From positions 78,120,001 to 78,184,000 of the forward strand of contig OX597814.1 in the NCBI GenBank assembly GCA_951406725.2: DNA of 64,000 bases, written 5' to 3'. Shown here one piece after another: positions 13,743 through 29,130 of the stretch (position 1 is its first letter; every line of letters begins with the position of its first letter). The stretch is from Octopus vulgaris. Lineage: Eukaryota. The notes beneath the pieces were generated by a model. That model was not told the DNA's origin. It searched no databases and saw only the letters and a program-made list of their open reading frames with translations. A program made the position numbers and the translations under genes.

Positions 13743-13792
13743 TTATATATATATATATATTTATTTATATATATATATATATATATTTATAT

Positions 13793-13925
13793 ATCACAAT
13801 CAAGGAACGGCCATAATAGGCCATTCACCCACTAGAAATAACAGCCAAAAGCTTTAACCGCAAAATAACATCAATTCCGTAAACCGTGGGTGAATGGCCT
13901 ATTATGGCCGTTCCTTGATTGTGAT
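13793..13925. repeat. Perfect 40-bp inverted repeat with 53-bp spacer
   Basis: ATCACAATCAAGGAACGGCCATAATAGGCCATTCACCCAC (13793-13832) and its exact reverse complement (13886-13925). Confidence 0.95.
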
Positions 13926-14026
13926 GTTGAACTTAAAAATGGTTTTTGACTATTTAATTTTTTCCCACTAGGCCGCTGGTGGCAAAAAGAATTCTACAAA
14001 TTTTTTTTGCCACCCTATATTGATTG

Positions 14027-14855
<829 letters not shown>

Positions 14856-15608
14856 TGATGTTGTCGAAAGGGCAGCTGCTGAGCAACAATCTTTTTTGTG
14901 CATGGCACAAAAGATTGTACAGCAGCTGACCTGGCTTCATCAAACCCAAGCCCGCAGGTGGGACTACCCACTATATACCAGACCACCACCACAGCAAACA
15001 GACCCAGGATGGACACCACCGGCAACAACGTACACCTCACCTCGATGCTCCTACTGAACATCAGAGGACAGCAAACACTCAGTAACAGGACAAAAATCCC
15101 GTTCCTGAGAGATTTTGTTGCATGCAATCAAGCCTTATGCATAGCACTAACGGAAACGCACCTGAAACCGGATATAGCAGATGCGGAGTTACACATACCA
15201 CAGTATGCTGTACTACGGACCGACAGGAAAGAAAGGAGTCATGGAGGTGTTGCTATGTACATCCGTGAGGACCTCACACCCCAGGTCCTCTTGTCATACT
15301 CAAATTCCGTTTGTGACACACTAATTGTACATATTAGGCAACTTGATGTAGTTGTGTGTGCTACATATCGCCCTCCAGATGCCCCAAGCCATATGGGCAA
15401 ATTTATAAATAGAAGAAGTTCTAACCACATTAGAACAACACATAAGTGTACTTCTTATAGGAGACTTCAATCTGCCAAATGTCAGATGGCCCGAGGGCCT
15501 TTCTCTCCCAGGAATGACAAGATGTGAACGAGGACAGGCGAGGTCCCTCCTGAACCTCATCAACACCCTGTACATGGAGCAGGTAATACTCCAACCAACC
15601 AGGGCAGG
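14856..15608 (+). mobile_element. CR1-like LINE, AP-endonuclease portion, cut by the assembly gap
   Basis: ORF 14898-15527: LLNIRG, IALTETHL, RTDRKERSHGGVAMYIRE, YRPP, then GDFNLP after a frameshift. Homologous to ORF 24364-25479. Confidence 0.85.
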
Positions 15609-15708
15609 NNNNNNNNNNNNNNNNNNNNNNNNNNNNNNNNNNNNNNNNNNNNNNNNNNNNNNNNNNNNNNNNNNNNNNNNNNNNNNNNNNNNNNNNNNNN
15701 NNNNNNNN
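15609..15708. other. Assembly gap (100 N)
   Basis: Run of N. Confidence 1.
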
Positions 15709-15735
15709 TATATATACATACATATATATATATAT

Positions 15736-15768
<33 letters not shown>

Positions 15769-15859
15769 TACATACATATATATATATACATACATATATA
15801 TATATACATATATATATATACATATATATATATACATATATATAGATATATATACATAC

Positions 15860-15890
<31 letters not shown>

Positions 15891-15931
15891 CATATATATA
15901 TATACATATATATAGATATATATATACATAC

Positions 15932-15962
<31 letters not shown>

Positions 15963-16090
15963 CATACATGGTAGAAACGTTAGCACGCCGGGCGAAATTC
16001 GTAGCCGTATTTCATATGTATATATCAAATACGAGGTCGACTTTGCCTTTCATATATATATACGCATATATATATAGCCCCTTGTGGGTA

Positions 16091-16141
<51 letters not shown>

Positions 16142-16298
16142 TATATACATATATATATACATACATATATATATATACATACATATATATATACATACAT
16201 ATATATATACATACATATATATATACATACATATATATATACATACATATATATATATATACATACATACATACATATATACATACATATATACATAT

Positions 16299-16354
<56 letters not shown>

Positions 16355-16355
16355 T
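15709..16355. repeat. (TA)n/(TACA)n microsatellite with a short SINE fragment (about 15968-16090)
   Basis: Directly visible. The fragment contains GAGGTCGACTTTGCCTTTCAT. Confidence 0.85.
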
Positions 16356-17662
16356 GATATTCACGTCGTTGAATTTTTGAATTTCTGGATTCTATTGTGT
16401 TGTTGCAATAAAAGGTATGTTTACGTATTTGGGAAGTCAGGGATAAGTTTCAAACAAAATTTAATATATTAAAGTTTTTAACGTTTTCTTGAGATGTTGC
16501 TTTGTCTGTCCAGTGAGAGAATACGGTAGTGTTTTTGCAATGAAATGGATGTTTACATTTTCGAATACTCAAGGAGAAAGGAAGGGATATGTATTCACAG
16601 TTTGTCTGTCTGTATGTATGTATGTATTTTGTATGTATGTATGTATGTATGGAGGTATGTATGGAGGTATGTATGTATGCAGGTATGCATGTATGCATGA
16701 ATGTATGTATATAAACATATTTTCTTTCAAGTATATATCAAAAAGTTTGTTCGTTTAATCTTTTATATCACTGTGTTAGTTCTTTATATTTGGTGTGAAA
16801 CGGTAACGTTCCTACATCGATTTGCTTTAAGTTTTGAGACCTTCACAATCTCTTATTCAAATAAAGCTAATTTGATGACGTGTACTCTATGAATTGAGTG
16901 GTAAGTTTCAAAAGGTCTTGCGAATAAGTTTATAACTAATAAAATCTTGGACACTGGATTTCACAGTAATTTCTTGTAGATTTTACATCAGGCAATTTTT
17001 ACTCTTATATCTATATGCTTACATATACGTTCACATTTTTTGAAGAATTCTATTTAGATTTGTCAACTATCGATTTTTTCCCCCATTCAATTTCATTTTG
17101 TGTACCACATTATAATGTAAATATTTGCTGCTACATTATTTTAAATCCAGCGTTGAGCACTTTATAAGTTATGAAGCTAATCTCAAGATTCTATGTGACG
17201 TAGAAAGAATATGCGGATTACACACCATAATAACATTTCAATTTGAAAATAAGATTGTGAAAGTATCGAAAATAATGGATTTAGGAATGTCATATTTCTT
17301 AACCAAACAGAAAAGTCTTAAAAGGAGACATGAACATTTCTTTAAAATTTTTAGTAAGCAACGTATATAAATATATATATGCGCGTGCGTGTGTGTAGTC
17401 AGAGTTCGAACATGTGAGTTACCCAAGTGCATTTTCCTCCTAGGTCTTTTACTCTTCATGCTTTTTTTTCTCTTTCTTGGACTTTAATCCGTATCCCCGA
17501 CGAAGGACTGCATCTGAAACGTTATGATTTTACTCAATAACCTTTACTTTATAACTTACTTTTTTGAGTATCAGCCTAATAATAACGGTGAACGTCTCTT
17601 TGACTTTAGCTGTTTTCCCTTTAAACTTTTAGATTGATTTGCCCCATGCATGCATACATACA

Positions 17663-17695
<33 letters not shown>

Positions 17696-17846
17696 GCATA
17701 TATCACATGTTGTAGGATAAGTTAATAACCCAACCCATATCCTGTTGACATATGTTGAATAAGGATATCTTTGGTACTCATAATAAATGAAAAGGAAAAA
17801 TTGCGCGCACGCGTGTTTGCATGGGTGCGTGCGTGTGTGTCCTTAC

Positions 17847-17882
17847 CTGAGGAGCTTCAATCAGTTCATCTCCTATATCGAT
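17847..17882 (-). CDS. Putative 36-nt integrin alpha exon (IDIGDELIEAPQ)
   Basis: Strong acceptor TTTTTGTTTTATAG and donor GTAAGG. Phase 0-0, compatible with the 27977 exon. Ends in Q where integrins have G-x-Q before the next FG motif. Weak sequence similarity. Confidence 0.5.
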
Positions 17883-18215
17883 CTATAAAACAAAAACAGT
17901 AGCAATATAAACATCGATATCAATTGGACAAAACATTCAAGTTTGCACTTGTTTTCTTAGACAACGAGTTTCTTTTATTTTTATCGCGTAACAAAAAAGT
18001 GCCTACGTGGTCGCTCGACCTGCTGAGTTAAATTTTTCCAGTCTTTTTTTTTAAAAAATAAAGGCACATTAGATAATGCAATTCTAGATACATAGGATGA
18101 GATCATCGCTACTGGAACAACTTTGATCACATGTTTGTTTAGATCCACTATTGTACATGACATGGAGATCAAAAAAACAGTTGAGTTTCATATCTGCATC
18201 ATCTATATTTTCAAC

Positions 18216-18250
<35 letters not shown>

Positions 18251-18539
18251 AAAAAACAAGCTGTTTAGATGATATTATGTGTGTTATCTCCATATTAAAC
18301 AACTGTTGAAACAGTTTGTCTTCTAATTGCGTAGACAAACTCACTAGAAATATAACAACTCATTATAGTGTATAAAGTCAGAACTTACCTTACCCTATGT
18401 ATTTTTAACATGTACTATACTTCTAAGGCATTTTTCCTTAGCAATAGTGTTGATATAATTTTGAAGTCTACACATACAGATATACATATGTGAAAACGTA
18501 TAGAAACCCTCTCAAAAGACAAAAACCAAGTGTCACCAA

Positions 18540-18579
<40 letters not shown>

Positions 18580-18964
18580 TCAGAGATTACAAAAAGTCAA
18601 CTATTTCGAATACGCAATATTATTGGTTCTTTATCGACTCTGGAAAAATGAAACCATGACCAAATGTGAGCTCAGAACTTGAAAGCAACGCGTAAATACT
18701 GCAAGGTATTTTATAGGGCACCTTTTTGATTTTGTCGTTCAGTTCATGATCCTAATGTTGTTGATGTTGATGGTGATGTTGTTGATGTTGATGTTGATGA
18801 TGAAGGTGGTGGTGGTGGTGGTGGAGGTGATGGCAAAGACGACAACGATGATGATGTGATGAAGAGGAGATGGAAGAAGGAGAAAAGATGAAGATTTTGT
18901 ACATTGATGCAGCTTCAAACCTTTATAGCCAATCCAACCGTTCTGTTGTATAAACTTACCTAAC

Positions 18965-19260
18965 TTAATAAGCTCTTCGCTCCTTGTGGAGCATAGATCA
19001 CCTACGACTTTCCTCCACTCTTTTCGATTCTGTACGGCAAGCCTTCCTCTCCAGTTTTGAACTGTCATCGATACTTCTGTAATTTTGCCTTATTCTAAGT
19101 AAAGGTGTTGCTCCTATGCAAACCCATTATTACTTCTGAGAAGAGATTAATCTGGCCTCTATCCTTTGATCCGCGCACAATGGGAAGTTCTATGAGGAGC
19201 ATGCGTTTCGCTAGCATTCATTACTCTCGGGATAACTGAGACACTCAAGCAATAAGGGCT
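18965..19260 (-). mobile_element. Short RTE-related relic
   Basis: Minus strand LAVQNRKEWRKVVGDLCSTRSEE resembles the AQDRxxWRxxVxxLC C-terminus of RTE ORFs. Confidence 0.5.
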
Positions 19261-19301
19261 GCAGCTCTTTGTTTTTAGTATATCACTGGTAAAGAGTAAA
19301 G

Positions 19302-19610
19302 ACTCTCTTCGGTCATGAATGACCATGGGATTACATCTAGGAAAGGTTGTTTATGGAAGACCAGCAGTTGTTCATGCATACTAGCCTCTCCTCTACACGC
19401 CGCCAAGGTTATCCAAGAGAAAGGCAAAGGCTGATATAGCTTGGCAGGCACCTAATTTCTACGTCGCAACTCATTTCTACAACTGAGTGAAGTGGGGCAA
19501 CTTGAAGTAAAGTGTCTTGCTCAAGAACACAGCATAGCACGTTCCGGGAATCGAACACACTATCTCATGATTGTGAGCCCAAAGCTCTAACCAGAGCCAT
19601 GCGCCTTCAC
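19302..19610 (-). mobile_element. tRNA-derived SINE (same family as 41578-41905)
   Basis: Head GTGAAGGCGCATGGCTCTGGTTAGAGC...GTTCGATTCCCGG. Tail CCATGGTCATTCATGACCGAAG. Confidence 0.8.
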
Positions 19611-19829
19611 ATATCACTGTTATAATCCCGGGTAGGATAAAGCGCAAAATTTACTGGGGTATGATATGAACTCAGAGAATATCTTTTATCCTTTTACTTG
19701 TTTCAGTCATTTGACTGCGGCCATGTACTTGACTCTTTTTTCCTTTTTTAAAGCCTGGTACTAATTCTATCAGTCTGTTTTTTCGAACCACTAAGTTACA
19801 GGGACGTATACATACACACATATACGCAC

Positions 19830-19860
<31 letters not shown>

Positions 19861-19905
19861 TGTATGTATGTATGTACATATATATATATATATATATACA
19901 CACAC

Positions 19906-20207
19906 ATGCATATATGGGTACAGGACATCACAGACGGTGCAAGTAACATGAAAGTTAAATACGTAAGCAAAGAAAAAATGGAAAACAGGACAAGTAAACA
20001 CACGAAAAGGACCCTTTATCAGTTGTCGGCTGTCTATCTACTCCTCATTTCGAGCATTCAACGACAAATGAGGAGCAGATAGACAGCTGACAACTGATGA
20101 AGGGTCCTTTCTCTGTGTTTACTTGTCCTGTTTTCCATTTTTCTTTCGTTGTTTACGTATTTCAAGCTATTTACACCATTGGTGAGGTCCTGTACCCATA
20201 TATGCAT
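19906..20207. repeat. Fold-back with about 145-bp imperfect arms and a 15-bp spacer
   Basis: 19906-20050 versus 20066-20207, e.g. ATGGAAAACAGGACAAGTAAACAC / GTGTTTACTTGTCCTGTTTTCCAT. Confidence 0.9.
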
Positions 20208-20394
20208 ATATGTATATATATATATATATATATACTAAAGCCATCTGAATATGGCTAGGGACAGGGGCAGGGTGGTGGGGGTGTTACTGTTGCATTTAGC
20301 CCCAGGCGAACATCGACGTCACCAGAAAGGCTCGACACCGTCACGGTGCCCTTAACCTGCAAAGGGAGGTAATTCCTCGATGAAGCGGAAACCA

Positions 20395-20440
20395 CACACG
20401 GACCATGGTTTCAAGGTGTATTGCCTATCATCGGCGTGTG
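20395..20440 (-). ncRNA. Type I hammerhead ribozyme, variant core
   Basis: Minus strand CACACG-CCGATGA-TAGG-CAATACA-CCTT-GAAA-CCATGG-TC-CGTGTG. Confidence 0.75.
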
Positions 20441-20951
20441 GTAGGCCTCCGCTTCCTCGACGAATTCTCACTCTGCAGGATTTTCTTATATAGATTTTCA
20501 AGCAAAATACATTTGCTGATTTCGAAAATCTGTTCGAAAGCAATAATAATTCTCTAAAAGGGATATAGACAGTAACTGCTCGATAACATAAGGGACTAAA
20601 GCCATCTGAATATGGCTAGGGACAGGGCAGGGTGGTGGGGGTGTTATTGTTGCATTTAGCCCCAGGCGAACATCGACGTCACCAGAAAGGTTCGACACCG
20701 TCACGGTGCCCTTAGTCGATGTTCGCCTGGGGCTAAATGCAACAGTAACACTCCCACCACCCTGCCCTGTCCCTAGCCATATTCAGATGGCTTTAGTCCC
20801 TTATGTTATCGAGCAGTTACTGTCTATATCCCTTTTAGAGAATTATTATTGCTTTCGAACAGATTTTCGAAATCAGCAAATGTATTTTGCTTGAAAATCT
20901 ATATAAGAAAATCCTGCAGAGTGAGAATTCGTCGAGGAAGCGGAGGCCTAC

Positions 20952-20997
20952 CACACGCCGATGATAGGCAATACACCTTGAAACCATGGTCCGTGTG
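20952..20997 (+). ncRNA. Type I hammerhead ribozyme, variant core (inverted copy)
   Basis: CACACG-CCGATGA-TAGG-CAATACA-CCTT-GAAA-CCATGG-TC-CGTGTG. GUC triplet; predicted cleavage after 20991. Confidence 0.75.
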
Positions 20998-21209
20998 TGG
21001 TTTCCGCTTCATCGGGGGAATTACCTCCCTTTGCAGGTTAAGGGCACCGTGACGGTGTCGAGCCTTTCTGGTGACGTCGATGTTCGCCTGGGGCTAAATG
21101 CAACACACCCCCACCACCCTGCCCTGTCCCTAGCCATATTCAGATGGCTTTAGTCCCTTATGTTATCGAGCAGTTACTGTCTATATCCCTTTTAGAGAAT
21201 TATTATTGC

Positions 21210-21246
<37 letters not shown>

Positions 21247-21295
21247 GTAGGTGAGAAAGTTGGTGTGTGAAAACACGTGGTTGAATATATAGAAA

Positions 21296-21745
21296 ATAGT
21301 AAAAAGTGAAAAAACTACAGAAGGCTTGTTTTAAAAGGTTAAAAAATATATATTTGAGTCATTATGTCTGAAGAATGTTATAATTTTTTTTCATACAATG
21401 ACATAATTTTTTAAGAAAGACCGGTTTCGCGTTCAGCTTTTCAAATTTCTTACATCGTTATGTTTACGTTGAGAAGTGTGAAGGAGAGAGTTCCAGATAA
21501 GGGGAGATAATAAGTGATTTCTTCCGGTGTAAGGGAGATAATCGCTTAATATTTCTTGCCTTTTTTTTTTGGAGTGAGTTTCTCTGTATAATAATGTTGG
21601 AATGGTTAAGTTTGGGCTTGTAATTTTCAAAAACTATGTCATTGTATGAAAAAAATTTATAACATTCTTCAGACATAATGACTCAAATATATATTTTTTA
21701 ACCTTTTAAAACAAGCCTTCTGTAGTTTTTTCACTTTTTCACTAT
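21296..21745. repeat. About 117-bp inverted repeat around a decayed hammerhead (PLE inverted pLTR-like)
   Basis: 21296-21411 versus 21629-21745, nearly identical in reverse complement. The spacer holds the minus-strand half-motif GCGAAACCGGTC at about 21419-21430. Confidence 0.8.
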
Positions 21746-21762
21746 ATATATTTTACTATATT

Positions 21763-25500
<3,738 letters not shown>

Positions 25501-26704
25501 CAAATACTTTAATGTAACAAGGAGTAGATACGAGTTCGGCAACAATATGCTCCATGTGAAGCGGTATACAAATGTGAAAAGTTACATACGAATTGGTTTT
25601 GTCGCATTCCGTGTGGAAAGAAGCATGATGGAAAAATATACGAGAGAATTTCGTTCGGCAATTGGTTCGCTAGTAGAGTAAGCGCCAACCGTACACCTGT
25701 TGTGTAACATAAGTAGTTTGCCACGGGCGGTTGCTTTGAGAAACCATTTCTCTAGCTTAGGCCAGATGTAGGAAAAACTTTGCTGCTCTTCAAACCAGGA
25801 TGTGGTCGGATCAAATTTCGGCGCGAAAGAGAATAAAACCAAAGCGCGCCAGTCCAATATATAGGCTGAATTACTGCTGGTACCACCCGGCAAACGAAAT
25901 CTTTCTAGAATGTTTTATACCATAGTGGCTTTACTAAAAACGGACGTAAATTCGCTGTCCCTAGAACATTCTAGAACGTTCGTCAAGGGAGGTCACTGAT
26001 GTTGAAACCCTGGCTTCCGGAGGACCGCAAATGGAATAATGACAGGATCTGTTTCAATTACGTTATACCTACATATGTATTGTTTGTAAATGCACCTATT
26101 ATAAAACATCAATACTACTAGGCAACCTATAGTACTGTTCAGTTTGTTACGATAGATATTCGAGTATTGCGCGTTTAACAACCTCAGTTATGGAAGGAAA
26201 ATGACGACAAAATCGGAATCTATAAAAATAACGAAACTTTATTGTAAAGAGATATATATTTATGCGACCAAATAAGAAAATTCATAAATTTCCACAGAAT
26301 TCCCACGGGATTCCCCTACTATTAACTAATACAAAAAAAATAGCACTTACAGAAATATTTGAATGTAATAATGTGGACAGTATGACTGAGATAAAAACGT
26401 ATTATGAATACAATAGACGCTATAAATAGGAAAGATATCTTCTCACAGAATATTAATGAAACAAGCTGACAAAACAGTAAAAATATTGCAACGCTAACTA
26501 AAGTAAATGAATTACAAAATATTATATATTTAAAACCCATATTTTTGTAACAAATAAGATATCAAGACATGGGAAGTTTGGTATGAAAATGTAGCAAAAT
26601 TAAATATTATCAACCCCGCATGGAAAAGCAAATAAGCACAGATAACAATATTCAAAGATATTTTGAAAGTATAGAAACCCTCAGCATACCAAATGAATAA
26701 ATAA

Positions 26705-27495
26705 AGACCATGCAAGGGTATGTTTCTCGAAGACTTGAAGAAAATAGTAGAATTGGCATAAAGCGAAGCTTTTTAGGACTCGCGACCGCTACATCACATC
26801 ACACTTCGATGACTATGCATTTGCAGTTCAAGAACAGGAGATTGTTACTGAATACCTGATAAACGAAAGGGACGGTGAAGCTCTTGAAATTTCAAGATGC
26901 AACCGAAAATGTAGATTGTCATATTTCTGTGAACGACATCACACATATAACCAGCAGCTGCCCAAAGTCGGACGTCAAGGTACTGCCTCCCTATTCAACA
27001 CAACGTTGTTGCAAAAAACAATATACAATGCCATCTGGAAAAAAGACCGTCCTGGAATAAATACAGAGAATGTCCCTGTTATTGAATACATACGCAAACA
27101 TCAACACAAGGAATACTGGTGGAACATTCTCGTCGAAACATCTGTCAAGTATAAACATAACAGAGCGGATTTTGTTGTTTAGGACAGATAAGAAAAATAC
27201 GTACCGTTTTGGAGGTCAGCTATCAGGCTGATGTGAATATCTCATTGAAAATAAAGAGAAAGAGGACAACTACGGCCAACTGCTCCGAAACCTCCAGCTT
27301 TCAAATCCAGATTACAAATTTACATTTATACCACTAATAATTGGAGTACTTGGTTTTGTGAGTAAATGGCTAACTGATAGTTTGAATAAATTTAGATTTC
27401 AGAAAAAGAGATCAAGCATCTAGCTTGCGCATTACAAATACAGACTTTAAGTGGAGCAGTAAAAATATTCAAGACTCTTCTCAAGTTTAAAAATA
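26705..27495 (+). mobile_element. R4/Dong/NeSL-like non-LTR element 3' fragment (restriction-like endonuclease)
   Basis: Degenerate frames give AVQEQEI, HITSSCPK, HNVVAK, WWNILVET..KHNRADFVV, EVSY.AD and FIPLIIGVLG, followed by (TACA)n. Confidence 0.7.
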
Positions 27496-27976
27496 ACATT
27501 GTTTTTGTTATCTACAAGAAGAATCTAAATTATTAAAAACATACATACATACATACATACATACATACATACATAAGTACGTACATACATACAAAGGCGA
27601 GAGTGTGGCCTCTGAGGAGTATCTTAAATGGGATATGTGTGTATATATGTATATATATATATATATCGGTTAGTGCAGTCTACCTATATTTTTTTTACCT
27701 ACAAAGATATTAGAAAAAGGGCATTTGTATATATTAATCCAATGTATTCAATTACACATCACAACGACTGTGATAGTACTGCATAAGATACTGCATATAC
27801 TGTAGAGTATATTACCATTATCATGAATAATGTAATTTCCGTACTTCTTGTCTTAGAAATAAAAATCTTCAGAGAACTTTCTCAGAACACCTTATATTCT
27901 ATAATAGCAATGACTATTTCAGTAAAGGTATGTTTTTGAAGCTCAAAGGAAAGAAATATAAAATGACTGTACTTAC

Positions 27977-28044
27977 TGCTCCATAGTCCTGATACCTGGG
28001 TATTCCCAAAATTATTTTACTGCCGACCATATTAACAGCATAAC
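27977..28044 (-). CDS. Integrin alpha-like exon, FG-GAP repeat: (G)YAVNMVGSKIILGIPRYQDYGA
   Basis: Acceptor TTTTCAACAG, donor GTAAGT. 68 nt, phase 1-0. GYAV...LGIPR...G matches the GYSV...GAPR...G pattern. Confidence 0.75.
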
Positions 28045-28439
28045 CTGTTGAAAATAAATTTAAGGCGTTTTAATCACTAATTATTTCTAATTGTAATTTC
28101 TAACTTCAGTATGTAAAGACTTGAAATTTGCAAGAGTACGGGCAATTAAGTTTGCTCTCTTGGCTGTAACACTTTCTATCGACTCTCGAAATGATGGTAT
28201 TCTTAGTTGACCTCCATGGAATTTGAAATCAAAAATTAAAATTGTAAATATAAAGAGGGTAGTGGATGGCTGGATCATAAGAGCGTCGAACAGAAATTCT
28301 TTGCGGCATTTAGTTATATGCTTGTGCTCTGAGTTCAAATCCCGCTGCAATCAACCTTGCCTTTACATCTTTCTGTGCTCAATAAAGCAAAGCACCAATA
28401 ATTGACTTGAAAGTGATTTAATTGATTATCGATCAGTTT

Positions 28440-29130
28440 GTATATACCATGGCTAGTGTAGTGCAATAAAGTTCAAATCTCGACAACAAACTCATAACAA
28501 GAAAACGTCATTTCACCACACACCATTATTCATGGAGACCATTCAGCAACAACAGCCCTCAAAATCATTCCAATTTTTAGGCCCTACTATCAACGAGAAT
28601 CTCTCCTGGGGAAGTTAGCTTGAACCGCTTCCAAATAAGTGGCACTTCTCTTTAGAGCCAGAAGATAATTCGCCCTCGCTAACAATTATTGATATGTTTC
28701 AAAACTGATGTGAAGCTTGCAATGGAGTATTGTTCTCATATCTGGGACGGTGCTGTTGCTGCACATACAGACATCCTTGACAGCATCCAAAAATGGGCAA
28801 TCTAACTGTGACTGGCATAAAGTCAGTCACAGACGCAATCCAGTCTGTTTTCTATATACGGGCTGCCTTCTCTTACTGCTTTTTCTACCGTCACTATAAT
28901 AGCTTCTGGTCCCCGAACCTGGCAGGACTTATACCACCTTCAATCAGGCATTTGCAATGTGCTCATCTCTCCTCATCTCAGCATCTATGTTGTGTCTACT
29001 TCCACTTCAGTCCCTATACTAATCACATCACCCAGTTCTTCCCAGAACGTTGGCCTCCTAGAATTCCCTTCTTGCTATCTTTCTTGCAGATGTTGACTTC
29101 GAAAGGTTCAAAATAAACATTAAATTATCA
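28440..29130 (+). mobile_element. Old jockey/CR1-like LINE 3' relic
   Basis: MEYCSHIWDGA...LDSIQK at about 28722-28790. Heavily degenerate. Confidence 0.55.

Larger units (their letters stand above)
20234..21210. mobile_element. Candidate retrozyme: 361-bp non-coding monomer in tandem and inverted blocks
   Basis: Period 361 in both blocks (20234/20595 and 20715/21076). Orientation flips at 20714/20715. One hammerhead per block, (TA)n on both flanks, no recognisable ORF. Confidence 0.75.

Noticed and set aside
15321-16028. ORFs spanning the N run
   Set aside because: Artefacts of the gap and the microsatellite.
18388-18467. Possible extra integrin exon (AG...GTAAG on the minus strand)
   Set aside because: Stops in all three frames and no integrin motif.
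21040-21105. HDV-like or twister ribozyme in the 361-bp unit (GGGGCTAA motif)
   Set aside because: The required nested pairings could not be assembled; only the hammerhead is supported.
25510-26320. Possible second Helitron-like element ending in the TCCCACGGGA hairpin
   Set aside because: No clear CTRR end or 5' TC boundary, so it is left unannotated.
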